From Zancudomyces culisetae HAW-14-8 (Eukaryota > Fungi > Kickxellomycota), in the NCBI GenBank assembly GCA_052426225.1, contig JBNJNM010000011.1, positions 2,604,001 to 2,668,000 on the forward strand: a stretch of 64,000 bases of DNA, given 5' to 3'. Shown here piece by piece: positions 11,390 through 24,187 of the stretch. Both the position numbers and the translations under genes were made by a program. A model generated the notes under the pieces. It did no database searches, was not told where the DNA came from, and worked only from the letters and a program-made list of their open reading frames with translations. How positions within the stretch are numbered: the stretch's first letter is position 1; each line of letters begins with the position of its first letter.

Positions 11390-12410
11390 TCAGAGTTTTG
11401 CCTTCAACTTTTGCTTTTTGGCTATCTGGAACACATCATCTAGCGACATTGCCTTGAATATGTTACCCTGTAGTTTAAGCTTACCCCGCATGTACGCGCT
11501 TTGTCCATTGAGCTTACCAGAAGACAGCAGCTCAAAGTCCTTTTGGTTTACTGTAACAGTGATGTCTTGATTGAGTTTGTGGTCAGATGCTGGCCCATTC
11601 AAAACAACTTCGCCAGTATTCCCCTTGGATAAGTTGAGTGTATAAGTAACAGACTCATTGGAGTTTTCCGGGTTAGTAACTTTGAGTACTGCAATTAGAT
11701 TGACCTTAGTCAATAGTTTCTGTCGCTCGTCTTGGCTAAATGTCTTTATGACTGCTTTCATTTCTCCTAGCAAATTCTCTGTTGCTTTGAATTTGGTGTT
11801 TGTCTGACTAGTTGATGCCGTCTTGGCTTTGGTTTTCGTCCTAAAGGCCCTGAGTGTTGGCTCAAGCCTCATTCCAACAGCCATACTGCCCTTTACCCGA
11901 AGTTTCCCTGAAGAAAAGGCCTGCATTGCGTTGATTTTTCCGCGTAAGATCTGTAACAAGGTCTCGTCGTCAGTAGAGACAACCACATCTACCCTCCCAT
12001 GCTTTGAGTCTAGTTGCTTCAGCGCGTTGTTTATACTTTCTTCAGACCAGGTTAGCTGGGGATTCTTTTTCAAGTCAATTACCCAGTAGGCTAGCTTGTT
12101 TGTCTTGTTTGACTTTGTCACAAACCCAAATACGCCGTTGGCCTATTATAAAGCAATTGGATTAGGTGTTTTTTTAATATGGGTTTTATATGCACAAGTT
12201 TGTAATAGGAGACCTGGAATTCAAATAAACATAGCGAGCATAACGCAGAGAGCGTGGCAAAGAGAATTAAGCGAGTAAAAAAAGTAGGTTAATTACCGAT
12301 TCAATAAGCTGTTGTTTATGGCTCTGGTCAAGACCATTCAATTTCGATGAGAGTGACAAGAACAATGGAGCACATTGAAATTCGTCTTTTGAGCCTGGAC
12401 CGCCTGTCAT
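11390..12410 (-). CDS. Tandem SCP2 (sterol carrier protein-2) domain protein with peroxisomal PTS1
   Basis: Exon 1 12410-12297 (MTGGPGSKDEFQCAPLF...), GT-AG intron 12296-12143, exon 2 with two SCP2 motifs (GKINAMQAFSSGKLRVKGSM; GKLNGQSAYMRGKLKLQGNI); C-terminal AKL. Confidence 0.88.
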
Positions 12411-13750
12411 GTTGAAAGCTTTTGTTTGTGAAGTGGTTATTAATGTACTTTATAAATGCCCTATTTTTTAATAAAATAAAGTAAATAGCTATGAATATAG
12501 ATATGGATATAGCGTCGGTTCATAGTACACGAGTTTTGGGTGGGGTTAATATATATGTTTGAAATGCAAACATCAGTTCGGGATGCAGTTTGCCGATTGG
12601 ACAGAGCATTGTTCGAAATTGAATAAATTGGCTGATTATTTGCTTTTTTTCCATTGAATACTTTGCTAGGAGAGGAGAGGCCAAAACACTCTAAACAGGA
12701 CCGAAAAAACAAAAATGTAGACGAAAGGTGACCTGTGTTTAGGTGGAGTCAGCTGTCATGTGCACAAGCTTTTACCCATTTTTCTTTTGTTCACCGTTTC
12801 TGGTGCCGCATTATCTTTGTGTATCCTTTATTGCGTTTGCTATTTGGCATTGTCGTATGATTTGCATTTCATTTGTTTTAGTAACTGGTGATAAAAGCCA
12901 AGTTGATATGTTTTACAATTGGGTTTTTTTAATGCACATGAAAGTTTTCATTTTTGTCATCTTTTTTCTTGAAAGCCTATCTTAATTGCTAATGTGAAAG
13001 GAATTTAGGGATATAATTATATAAGAATATGAGCATATGAGGGAAATCAACAAATGAAAGCAGCAACCACTACGCATAGCTTTTATTTGAAATACTAGTC
13101 CAATATATGCTCCAACTTTTAGTCTGCGTTTATTAGTCCAAACTAGAGTTCCTGTATTACCATAGCGATTGAGGTGTTGAATTACAGGGAACGGTGATGC
13201 CAACTGATATATGTTTTCATGGTCAAATGCAATTTTTGTGTCTATCGTATAAACAGAAAGTGTTTCCCAGTCTACCAAACGGTGTTCATCCTGCTCAAAG
13301 GTGGACACAATCCTATCACTCTGTTTATAAATCGGGCCATAAATATATCTAGATCAAATAGCGCGTCTGTGATAAATACTTTTCAGCGGTATACACAGTC
13401 TAATAGGCTAAATTTTGCATATACCCAATCTTTTCTTTCCAAAATGCATGTAAACACAGTCATGAGCCGATGATATTAGGGATCTTGTTTTAGAGATGAA
13501 CAGAGAAAAAGGGGGTTAACCACGCCAAATTTATCTTTATTCTGAGATTTCAACCAATTGATAATGCACTGAATGGCCTAAAAGCCGCCAATTTTCACCC
13601 ACAACAAGCGGTTTTATTACTGCGGTTTAATTTGAGCAGTTTGAGAATTGGGTTACACAGTCGAAACGAAAAAGAAGTCAGTTTTGGTGATGGCAGTTTG
13701 ACGGTTTAAATGCGAGATAATTTGTTTGGTTATTTAAAAAGGTTCACAAA

Positions 13751-14599
13751 ATGATAGATGTACACTGCCATGTTAAAGATTCCGGTATAGGGCTAGCACA
13801 GTTTCTAGAATCCAAACATATCTCGAAAATATGTGTCATGGGAACGAACTATGCTGATTGGGAGACCATCGCCATCATGGCCAGAAACCACCCAGAGAGA
13901 ATAATTCCGGCATTCGGTATTCACCCGTGGTTTGTTGAAGAAATAAATGAGACAACTGAATCTTCAAGCAGTCCAAGCGAGAAACCTGAATGCCTGGATC
14001 GATATGATAATAATAGGAGAATCCCCAAGAATTGGAGTGTCAAGCTGGAGGAGTATTTGGATGAATTTCCTGGTTCAATAGTCGGCGAATGTGGTCTGGA
14101 TAAAGTGGCAAAAAATTATGCAACTGGGAAGACATTTCCTTGGGAACTTCAAGTTTCGGTTTTAAAAACCCAGCTACAAATTGCAGCAAAAAAGAGACGC
14201 CCAGTATCGTTGCATTGTGTAAAGGCACAGACGGATTTGTACCGACTCATAACATCTTTAGAGCCAAACATGCTGCCGGAAAAAATAATGCTCCACTCAT
14301 ACTCGGGTTCCAAGGAATCCTTGAATATGTTTTTTAGGCTTTCTACAGAGATATCCAAAAGGTTTTATGTCAGTTTTTCGCAGTTTGTAAACTTTAGGTC
14401 TCCTAAATTTGTCGATGTATGCCGAGCGGTACCATTAGACAAAATCCTTATAGAGTCCGATTTTGATGACTTTTCGCGGATTGAAGAGGTTATGGTAAAC
14501 GTTTGTAACTGGGTTTCCGAATGTAGAGGATTGAGTCCGGAGGAAACTGCAAAAGTAACAGTTGAAAACTCTTTGGAATTTTATTCCAGTATCAAATAA
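13751..14599 (+). CDS. TatD-family metallo-DNase (Scn1-like)
   Basis: IDVHCH, FGIHPW, VGECGLD, SLHCV, LHSYSG, ILIESD motifs. Confidence 0.92.
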   Translation: MIDVHCHVKDSGIGLAQFLESKHISKICVMGTNYADWETIAIMARNHPERIIPAFGIHPWFVEEINETTESSSSPSEKPECLDRYDNNRRIPKNWSVKLEEYLDEFPGSIVGECGLDKVAKNYATGKTFPWELQVSVLKTQLQIAAKKRRPVSLHCVKAQTDLYRLITSLEPNMLPEKIMLHSYSGSKESLNMFFRLSTEISKRFYVSFSQFVNFRSPKFVDVCRAVPLDKILIESDFDDFSRIEEVMVNVCNWVSECRGLSPEETAKVTVENSLEFYSSIK

Positions 14600-15209
14600 G
14601 TTTGGTCAAAATTAAGCATAACCAGGTCAGCAAAGATAAAGGTGGTTGTTGGAGGAAGGAACGTGTTGTTTAAGGCCATTTACCTCCCCACTTACCTATC
14701 TTTGTGATGTCTTTCTGACTCTGTTTCAACTATGTACTAGTAATAACATTTATAATAAATAGCCACTTTCTCATTAGTGGATATTATTAATAGTTAGCAC
14801 GGAGGCTGTCATGTTTTTAAATTTAAGTTGACTTTAAATACACTATTTACTGTTGAGATGAAATAGCCAAGAAAATCATTGAGCGTATCCAGAGAAATGT
14901 TCTAGCGATGGTGGTATTGTGACTAATTCGCTGAATTCATTTCATTCTCTGGTTTTAGACAGATAATGGACATTTTTTTACTTTGACATGGTTAAAGCTG
15001 CATCCAGAAGGAATTTATATTTAGCTGGTAAAAAGTTTGGTGCAAAAGTCATTACAAGTAAATAGTACATATCCAAAAACAACAATGCTATAAAGTGTCG
15101 ATACTGGTGGTGGTGGTGATGGTGGTCCGATAACTATCGATAAATAAACCATTTTACCAGCGTATTATCGCGCCCATATCCGAAAAAACAATAAGCACAC
15201 TCCAAGTAC

Positions 15210-15572
15210 TTATCCATATCCATATTTTTTTAGTTGCTCTCTTTTACATTTGAAAAATTCCTTTCGCAAATTAGAACAGAAACTCAATTGATCCTTCCAG
15301 GTCTCGGGATTCTTTATACAGTGGTTATATTTGTATTCAATTTCTGCACATTCTTCACATGCGATTTGGTTCGCCTCTTTTTGGGATATACGAGTTCTAT
15401 GCACAGGTTTTCCTATTTCGCTGATTTCCTTTACAAACGAAGGCTTCGCCTGTTTAATTTCCACATTTTTTCGCTTTAGATCCTCCTTGAGTTCTTGAAT
15501 ATATCCTTGTAAGTAACTATTGGTGTCTATGCTTTCTGCCTCGAAAGATGCAGATCCGGTGCTTTGATTCAT
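15210..15572 (-). CDS. Small twin-CX9C protein, probable mitochondrial IMS (Mia40/Erv1) substrate
   Basis: ATG at 15572 (MNQSTG...); C-AEIEYKYNH-C and C-SNLRKEFFK-C are two CX9C helices. Confidence 0.7.
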   Translation of the reverse strand: MNQSTGSASFEAESIDTNSYLQGYIQELKEDLKRKNVEIKQAKPSFVKEISEIGKPVHRTRISQKEANQIACEECAEIEYKYNHCIKNPETWKDQLSFCSNLRKEFFKCKREQLKKYGYG

Positions 15573-16307
15573 GCTGACTCGTTGGCTTAAAACCCTATAT
15601 TTACTTGGACCGAGTTTATTTGAGCAAAGACGAAAATTCCTTGTTTGATCATTTTTGAAATACTTAGATAAACAAATTTTAAACCAAAAACAGAGACCCT
15701 CAGACAATTATATCTCAGAAACCCATGTATTTTACGCAACGTCCTCTCAGGAATTTCATACAGTACATGATAAACGGGAATGGTGTTTTTTTTATTGTAA
15801 CTAGACACACAGTGTAGCTGTAATGCTTTTCTGTAGAATACTCTATATTATCCTTTTCTATAGAGGGAGGGGGGGGAGGAAGAAGAGTTTTTCTCGGTTT
15901 TAGTTGGTGTTGGCTTCTTTATTGCATCACTAGAACTAGCACACCATACTGTATTACGATTTCTGTTACCAAATACTATTGTGTGTTGGTTTAAAAAAAT
16001 GCAGCGCTCTAACAGAACCATCAGAAAAGGTGTACCCATGTTGCTATAACGCCAGCATTTGGGTTTAAACCATCTGCTAATTCAGCTCTTTACTTTTTTC
16101 CAAATTTCCATTTTTTTTCAAAGCAATTTCTTATTTGGCCGGAAAATGTTTTCAGAGCCACACATTAACAGCAAATGAAAAAAAATAGCATTTCAGATTA
16201 ATTCTGCCTTGATAAGTTTCAATCTCCATTTTATTTCATTTTTTTAGTAAAAGTGCTGATACAAAAGCTAAACACAGTAAAAGTCAAATCTTAAGGGAAA
16301 AAGAACC

Positions 16308-16720
16308 ATGCCGTATCTGAATCCAATTCCTACAAAATTTTCTCCTACATTGGCAGAAACACGTAAACGCGTAATCTCGTTGTACCGTCACTGGCAAAAA
16401 TCTGTAAGTACCAATTCTACTTTTGACTGTGCAAAACTAACTAATTTAAATGCTCATAGGTTCCTACGATTGTTATTGAATACAGAGTGAACTATCCCCA
16501 GGCGGTTTTAAGAACGAGAATACGCTCAGAATTTGAAAAGAAGCGTCATTTAACCGATATAGGCGCCATCAACATTGCACTGTTCAGAGGCCGAGCCGAA
16601 CTTGAAGAAACTCTAAATAATTGGAAACAAACCAGTCATTTGGCTGATATCATCGAGAAAAAGGAGCCTGAGGATAAACAAATGAAGTTCTTGGACTCGT
16701 TTTTAGCGGGCCAAAACTAA
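16308..16720 (+). CDS. NDUFA6: Complex I accessory subunit NDUFA6/B14 (LYR-motif protein), 2 exons
   Basis: RKRVISLYRHWQKS | intron 16404-16459 (gtaagt...ctaac...tag) | VPTIVIEYRVNYPQAVLRTRIRSEFEK...ETLNNWKQTSH...FLDSFLAGQN. Confidence 0.93.
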
Positions 16721-18554
16721 ATCATCCGGCCAAAATGCGTTTTTTTGCATCTTTTTGATTAGAATCGAATCTCGATTTCAAAATTCACTGGTTTTTTTTA
16801 CCTGCAGTCTTCCGAGATTTTTGTATCTTCAAGCTTGTCTACAATATAACAAACTGTTTTCTAATGATGATGATTATGTTATATATAAATACTTTTATAT
16901 GCTCCCAATTTCTGGTCTTTTTGTATTTAGTTAGTACATACTTGCAGGGTTATCTATCATGTAACCAAAATCCTTCTCCCCGCGCCGTTCTCCAAAAAAT
17001 ATCAGCATGTCCACTTTTCTCTTTTAGATGAATGTGCGTATTGGTTCGTGTTTCTCCTGCTCAAGTGCTAAAAACCCAGCCATCAGTAATTTTCTGCCAC
17101 TGGGCTGATAATGGTAGTTTTTCTATTTGGTTACGTAGCAATCTACCTTTTTGCTGAGAGTATCTTTTATTTTTCAACAATAACTGGCTCAGCTCGAGTG
17201 AGAAAAGATTAAACACGTATCCAAAAATATCATGGAATAAAAACTATTACTCACCAAACTACCAATACTGGCTGAATTGTGCGTTTTTCCCTCCTGGAAT
17301 TACTACTAACTTCCAGAAAAACCAATTTATAAACGCATCTATGGTAAATAGTAGCTGAAATCCAGTTTTAATATAATTGATTCAAAGTATCACTAGCGCA
17401 GATATTTGCAAATAACAATCATGTTTATGGCCCTTGCAACAAATTAAACCAAACCCTGTTCCTATTGTTTCAACTGGCTTATTCACTTCTAATTCAATAA
17501 CCTGAAATACCCAGAGATCAAAGTAGGTGAACAAAAACATACGCATCCGCAGCCAAAGAGTGGAGAAGGACCTACATCAAAAAGTGAGGTACTAAAAAAC
17601 CTATCCCTAGAATTTACTACATGAACAGCCAAAAGATAGGTGATGATGTATAAAGTGGTAAGATCAGCCATACTTGGTCTACACCACCAACCGTTTGAGT
17701 ATACGCATGTAGGCTTATTGATTTTCGTGTAAAAATGGCATGGGCATTTTCCCAAGGCAACTACGAGCTAAGCTTGACGCTACAAAGATGGATTGGATAC
17801 GAAAAAGCGCACTGATGTGTGTGTATTTGTTTGCGTCACGTATTCATTCCGAAAAGTAAATTCAGCAACATCCTAGCTACTTGTAATAATAACTTGAAAT
17901 ATAATGAAAGCAGCATCTTCAATACCTCACTTTTATATTGGGAGTAATTAATACTAGTTTTCAGAATACAAATCTCTCACCCTTTCCGTAAAATAATAAA
18001 TAGTTTCAGAAACATGCTACAAGGCGAGGATAAAATATTTTTTAACATAACAGGTATGGCATGTTTGCGAATAACTAGATTTATTCAACATCCTGCATAT
18101 GTAGTTCATGCTCTACAAAGTTTACTGATTGTTCATTTTGTTGTTTTACTGAGAAGGTATGGAAGGATGCGATGGCCAGTTTGATAAGAACAAAAACATC
18201 AATATTATCGATTTTAATACAAGACTGAAAAATAAAACAGGGAGTTCAATTCGTGATTCGCAATTTTTTCGTTTTTTCATTTTTTTCATTTTCGGTAGCA
18301 TTGCACAGATACAAACAGTTGGGGTCTAACATCCATCTAACCTGATACATGTTTAGTAGACTTTTTTATTTTAAAAAGATATATACACACAGATATAAAC
18401 ACACAAAAGTGTACGTATTTACATTAGAATATATGTTTATGTTTATGTTTAATTTTAAATAAATCTCCTGTCACTTTTACCCGCAATAAGCGTCAAGGCG
18501 AGTGATAGCAAAAGGTTCCCACCAAACTATTATAAAGGTCTAATTACAAAAAAT

Positions 18555-20039
18555 ATGAACAAAAATATACCATCGTATATTGTTGCTGCAACAGCATCAC
18601 TGGGAGGATACGTATTTGGATATGAAGTCGGCGTGATATCCTCTATTTTGGAAATGCATAACTTTAATGAATATTTTAACAATCCTACAGCCATAATCAA
18701 AGGAACGGTTGCAGCTATAACAACGTTAGGAAGTCTCGTAGGATCAATGTTATCGGGTCATCTCTCCGACAAAATTTCAAGAAAACGTACAATAATACTT
18801 GGTGGAATCATCATGTTTGTGGGATCAGCTGTGCAGAGTTCAGCAGTAAATGTCATCCTGCTTATCTGCGGTAGGCTAATCAGTGGGCTTGGAGTTGGGT
18901 TGTTATCCGCAACTGTACCAGCCTATCAATCTGAACTTTCTCATCCAAAAATAAGAGGTAGACTCATCTCGCTTCAGCAGTTAGCCATTACCATAGGTGT
19001 CATGGTAGCTTTCTGGGTTGACTTTGCATTTAGCAGGTATAAAAACTCACAATTTCAGTGGAGAGGACCATTGATGATGCAGCTTGCATCTTGTTTAGTT
19101 TTTATACTTCAGATGTTCCGGATGCCATACTCTCCAAGGTGGTTACTTTCTAAAGGTAAATATGAAAAAGCAGTACGATCTTTGATGTTTCTTAGATCAA
19201 CCAAGGATAGAAACTCTGAAAAGGTCTTGTATGAGGTAAGCGAAATTAAGCGAGAGATCCTACGAGAAAGAGAACTCGGAATTTCAAGCTACTCCAAGCT
19301 GTTTGTGTTTCCAAACAGAAGAAAAATGGTGCTGGGAGTACTCATTCAGGCATTTCAGCAACTTTCCGGAGTAAATGCCATGATTTACTATGCACCACGT
19401 ATATTTAAAACTACCAATATTATGAGTGACAATGACTTATTTATTGCTCAAGGGTTATTTGGTGTCGTGAGTTTTTTGTTTACCATCCCAGCAGTGGTGT
19501 ATGTTGACAAATGGGGACGGAAGAAATTACTAATTATTGGAGCAGTAGGATCTGGTACATGCCATTTAATTGTCGCGCTTGCATCGGCATTTGGCTCAAA
19601 AAAAGTTTTTGATTCCGTGGGAAACCAACAAACTATCTACATATCCACGGTTGCAAGTTGGGTATCAGTGATTTTTATCTACATTTTTATCATATTTTTT
19701 GCGTTTTCTTGGGGGCCTGTAGGATGGATTTATCCTGCCGAGATTTTTTCTACTGCAGTAAAAGCTAAGGGAACATCGATTACCACCGCGTGTAACTGGG
19801 GAATGAACTTCTTGGTAGCGCTGCTTTCACCACTGTTACTCGATAAGCTGGGGTGGATGACATATCTTTTTTTTATGGTACCAATGTACGCTTCGGCATT
19901 TATCATTTACAGCTTTTTTCCAGAAACAAAAGGAAAAACGTACGAGGAGATCGATGGAATGTTTTACAAATCAATGTGGGTAAACAAACAAGGAAAGCCT
20001 GGACTTCCTTTAAGAAATGTACATATGTCGGCTGCTTGA
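18555..20039 (+). CDS. MFS sugar porter, Hgt1-like hexose transporter
   Basis: GGYVFGYEVG, DKISRK, PAYQSE, RGRL..LQQLAIT, PYSPRWL, QQLSGVNAMIYY, DKWGRK, FSWGPVGWIYPAE, PETKG; about 12 hydrophobic segments. Confidence 0.95.
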   Translation: MNKNIPSYIVAATASLGGYVFGYEVGVISSILEMHNFNEYFNNPTAIIKGTVAAITTLGSLVGSMLSGHLSDKISRKRTIILGGIIMFVGSAVQSSAVNVILLICGRLISGLGVGLLSATVPAYQSELSHPKIRGRLISLQQLAITIGVMVAFWVDFAFSRYKNSQFQWRGPLMMQLASCLVFILQMFRMPYSPRWLLSKGKYEKAVRSLMFLRSTKDRNSEKVLYEVSEIKREILRERELGISSYSKLFVFPNRRKMVLGVLIQAFQQLSGVNAMIYYAPRIFKTTNIMSDNDLFIAQGLFGVVSFLFTIPAVVYVDKWGRKKLLIIGAVGSGTCHLIVALASAFGSKKVFDSVGNQQTIYISTVASWVSVIFIYIFIIFFAFSWGPVGWIYPAEIFSTAVKAKGTSITTACNWGMNFLVALLSPLLLDKLGWMTYLFFMVPMYASAFIIYSFFPETKGKTYEEIDGMFYKSMWVNKQGKPGLPLRNVHMSAA

Positions 20040-20283
20040 ATGCTTTATGTTACCACTAGTTAAATCCATGTACCAAAGAAAGAAAAAAAAAGTTCTATTC
20101 CGAAGTTTGCTTCTTGAACCCCTCCCCTCCCCTTTTCATGAATAGTTTGCTAGGACTATGTTTTGAATCATTACTTATTTTATTTCAATACATATAACTG
20201 AAAAATAAAGAAAAGATTAATTAATCGAACAAGGCCAAATAGTAATCTTGAAAGTAAAACTATAAATATACTGACAATGAAAC

Positions 20284-21539
20284 CTAAAGTGTCTCTAAAA
20301 TTTCACCATGTCCATATGCAACACATCCTTGTGTGTATATTCCCAATACCAATCCAGCACAGATTCTCGAGACGGTAGTAGGAAATCTTGTAAAGAACGC
20401 CAGAATATAAAACAGCTGCCAATGATGAATATGGACCATATATTTCACTTTCCCTGCAGGGTTCGCTGCAGAAAAGCTTAAATAATCAGGCTTTGCTTCT
20501 CTAAAAATCCGTTCGCGAAGGGTCTCAAAGGATGCGGAATCGCTGTGTTCGCTGGTTTTTGATTCTCCAGGCGCTTCCATCGGTGTGGCATTATTTCTAA
20601 GTTCGTTGCCTTCTGATGTATAGTTTCCACCAGGAAATTGCATTGAAGCTATTATTTGTTGTGCATACAGAAAGTTTCAGAATATTGAACAAGCAAAAAT
20701 GCACAACTATGATCCAGAGCTGCTTATGATATAGATTTAATTTTGAGTAAAAAAAAAGTAACAGAGCGAAACTTACCATTGTTGTTTTGCTGGGTGGTAT
20801 TAGTAAAACTCCTGAAATAATTCAATTCATGGCCTTCCGTTTGTACCGGCGATTCAAGCGACGCTTCATTAGAGTGGCGGGTTGGTAAGACGTTTTTTAC
20901 CTCTTTTGATCGCCAATGCCCTTGCTTGAAGTACAGATATAGCATTCTAGGAACTCTTGAGTATGGGGAACCATCCGGGTATTTCTCGATGTTGCTGTTG
21001 TTATACTTACAAACTATAAATGGTTCTACAATACTTGATACTGCAAAAATGAAAAACAGCAAATAAACCCAGAATAATCCACCTTTTATACTCTCATATA
21101 TAAAATATCCAATGCATGCCAGAACAACAATCAGTGCACTAATATGCACTATCCATGCTGGTCTTGACCATTGCCTCCAACCCGGGAGATTCACTTTTAG
21201 AAAGGGAAGTTCCACCAATGCTGTATATCCAAAGAGCCCAAAGTAGTATGCCAAAACTGTAACATAGTTGAGAGTATGTGCGTAGTTACCCAAGGTAAAA
21301 ACTACGTATAGGTACAGAAAGCTTTTTTTTGAAAAGTTGAATAAGCCAACAAGTGAGAAGTAGTGTCTTTCCAGGTTTAGCATGGACGAAATAAACCTGT
21401 AGAATAAAGGGCCAGAAATTCCAACCAACAGTAAGAATTCTATAAATTTGACCAGATCAAATGAGACAAGAACCCATTCGTAGTTTATTGAGCTCTGGTT
21501 GTATGGGCAGCTCTCTAGTACCCCGCTGTACTTGCTCAT
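20284..21539 (-). CDS. Multi-pass membrane protein of unknown function with HIHHW motif, 2 exons
   Basis: ORFs 20724-21539 and 20284-20643 join in frame through a GT-AG intron at 20776-20649 (AAT G|CT TCA ATG). Several hydrophobic helices; C-terminal HIHHWQLFYILAFFTRF...AGLVLGIYTQG. Confidence 0.75.
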
Positions 21540-23341
21540 CGTATTCGAATTAAATGTGTTTTTCTTTTATTGGTATTTATACTTTGTGTGCTCAATCGTA
21601 TGACCTATGTAATGAGATTATTAATGAGTATGCTGGAGTTGAAGGGGTGAGGGTTAAATTTCGTCTCGATTTCCTTCTTTTTGGATACTGTTTACTTTTT
21701 CGGGTTTTCGAGTATAAAGTATTTTTTTTTGGTAAAACAATAATTTTCTATTATATTGTCCAAGTGGCGAATTCGAATTAGTTATCCTTTATATTAAATT
21801 TCGAAAAAGAGGATAAAAAAACCTAAACAAATTCAGGTTCAAGGAATCATGGAGTTCGGCGATAGATATTTGTAAAAAAAAGAAAAGTATTTGATTCTTT
21901 ATTTAATATGTAGTACATAAATGTTTTTGTGATATAATAGTTTTCTCACATAGTGAAAAAAAAGAAGTGATCGGGAGATTTTGTTAGTTGAACCTATTTT
22001 TAGAAAAGACAAAAAGGTTTGGGGGTGAGGCGAGCAGAAGGGTGTAAATAGGTTATATTATTTCATTGTTGGTATTGGTGATTTGTTAAAAAACACCCAA
22101 AAAAAATCTTTGTAATTTGTAAATGCACTAAATGTTAAAAAGATCGGGTTATATTGCTAAATGTGAGAAGCGAAAAGTTAAATTAAATTAAAGTTTTAAG
22201 CTTCTCTCACCTCCCCCTACCTCCTATCTCTTATCTCCTGAAATTCAATTCCATCCCCCATCTACCGAATTTCCTCTTTTCACTCCTCCAAACCATCTCA
22301 ATCAACATAAACCAAATACAGTTTCCCAGTTACCAAATCACTCTAGTTTTCCAGATCTTTCTCATTTATTTATTGGACCGGTTCTTGGTTACTTCTAATT
22401 AAACGATCGCTAAATTGGCAAACGCCTTTATGTACATATTACGTACACAATTTAAGTAAAAAAGCTGATATACGAATCATATCATGGGATGAGTATTTAA
22501 TCCTAAATACAAATATAATTATTTTTTCTCATTTTGGGATTAGAGAAAAAAACATTAACTGTGTATGGGATTAAAGCCATCAGCCCATCTACCCCTCCTG
22601 CCCTTCTCCATGATTAGAATTCACCAATATAGCTTGGCCGGGCTTTATTTTATTTCAATTAATGTTAACAATAATTGTTATTTGGTGTAAACCACTATTG
22701 CTCGGAAAAGAGTATGAAGATCAGGGGATTGTATAAAAAGACCCTATAAATGTTGTACAAGGTAAAGTAGATGTATAAATACTGCTACGTAAATATTATG
22801 ACGTGGAAGAAGGAGGAAGTGTATTTAAAGTTAAATGAAGTAAAACAATTATCAAAAGCAAAAAGAAATCTGTGTTTAGTTTTTTTATGATTTCCAGTAG
22901 TACAAGGGGGTTATTCTACAATGATCATAACACCAGTATGCCAACCAAAATCTGCACAAAATGAAAAATAATACAGATATACTTTATTAGGAAAAATAGA
23001 CTCTAAAACAATCGACAACTCATAGAGTGATAGTTAAAAACAAGTAAAGCTGACATATGCAAAAATAAAAATCCACCAATCTAGTATCCAAAAGGACCAT
23101 GAATGTAATCAAGAGAGGAAGGAAAGGGAAGGGGAAAAGAGAGATGAGACTTCGTCTATAAATAATAATGTGCTTTTGTAATTGACTTTTAGGTTATATA
23201 GAGGCACAATTGGTCAGTCATCTCATATTTATGATAAAAAGATACATTCTTTTCAGCATATAAATCAAGGAAATGCGGGATAATAGGGTGAGGATGGGGG
23301 GGAAGTAAAGGGGTAGAAACATATCTTTCTTTTTGAACAAG

Positions 23342-24187
23342 TTAGAGATTGTTGTATTTATCCATCAAACCATCCAAAGTACATTCGGAACCAAGAGAAC
23401 TTTTATAGTTATCATTTTTGTATCTAGAAGCCAGCAAAGTTCCAAGAAGTTGCAATTTGTGTTCGGGAACAAACAGATTGAAATTTACCGAAATTAAAAT
23501 TTTAATCTCAAGGTTGTTCAGTTCGCTTAGGGGCAGCCCACCTACTTTGGCATATCTGGAATTCGTATAGAAAACATCGCTACATAACTTGGAAAGCGTA
23601 GTGATTAGTGATATGATGATCCGATGAATTGTGTAGATATTTACATTTAACATTCCAAAGTATCTATCGACATTTTCTTTGCGATCCAAGTTGACTGAAT
23701 GCAAGTTACTGTGCGATTGTACATTTTTCAATCTATGAGACGTAGTTTCACCATGTTGGTTGGATACAGATAGGTGTGAAGGGTCTGAAAGGTTTAATGG
23801 GCTTGATTTCTCGAGACTGGAACTTATTTGCTGATCCTCTTTTCGTTCCTTTTCCAATTTCGCTCTTGAGACCATCGTAAGCCCTATGGTATGGGCCGCC
23901 AATCCCAACGCAACCTCATTTCCGAATGGACAATATTTTAATATTCTTGTAAGGTAATCTAATAATCCAATTTCCGGAATGGATTTGGAAGCAAATGCCG
24001 AAAAGTATCCCATAGCATTATCTTTTCTCCGTAATGCTTTATTTTTTGTGTCTTCATTTGCAGTATTTACTATTTCGTTGTCGTTGTCGTCGTTGTTGTT
24101 GTTGTCGTTTATTAAATCATCAAGAAATTTGGATACTAGAATGATTGTATATTGTACAGGGGTGGTATTCATCCCAAATTCATTCAT
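23342..24187 (-). CDS. Pho80/Pcl-type (Pho85) cyclin
   Basis: FASKSIPEIGLLDYLTRILKYCP, NIYTIHRIIISLITTLSKLCSDVFYTNSRYAKVGGLPLSELNNLE...FNLFV. Confidence 0.9.
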   Translation of the reverse strand: MNEFGMNTTPVQYTIILVSKFLDDLINDNNNNDDNDNEIVNTANEDTKNKALRRKDNAMGYFSAFASKSIPEIGLLDYLTRILKYCPFGNEVALGLAAHTIGLTMVSRAKLEKERKEDQQISSSLEKSSPLNLSDPSHLSVSNQHGETTSHRLKNVQSHSNLHSVNLDRKENVDRYFGMLNVNIYTIHRIIISLITTLSKLCSDVFYTNSRYAKVGGLPLSELNNLEIKILISVNFNLFVPEHKLQLLGTLLASRYKNDNYKSSLGSECTLDGLMDKYNNL

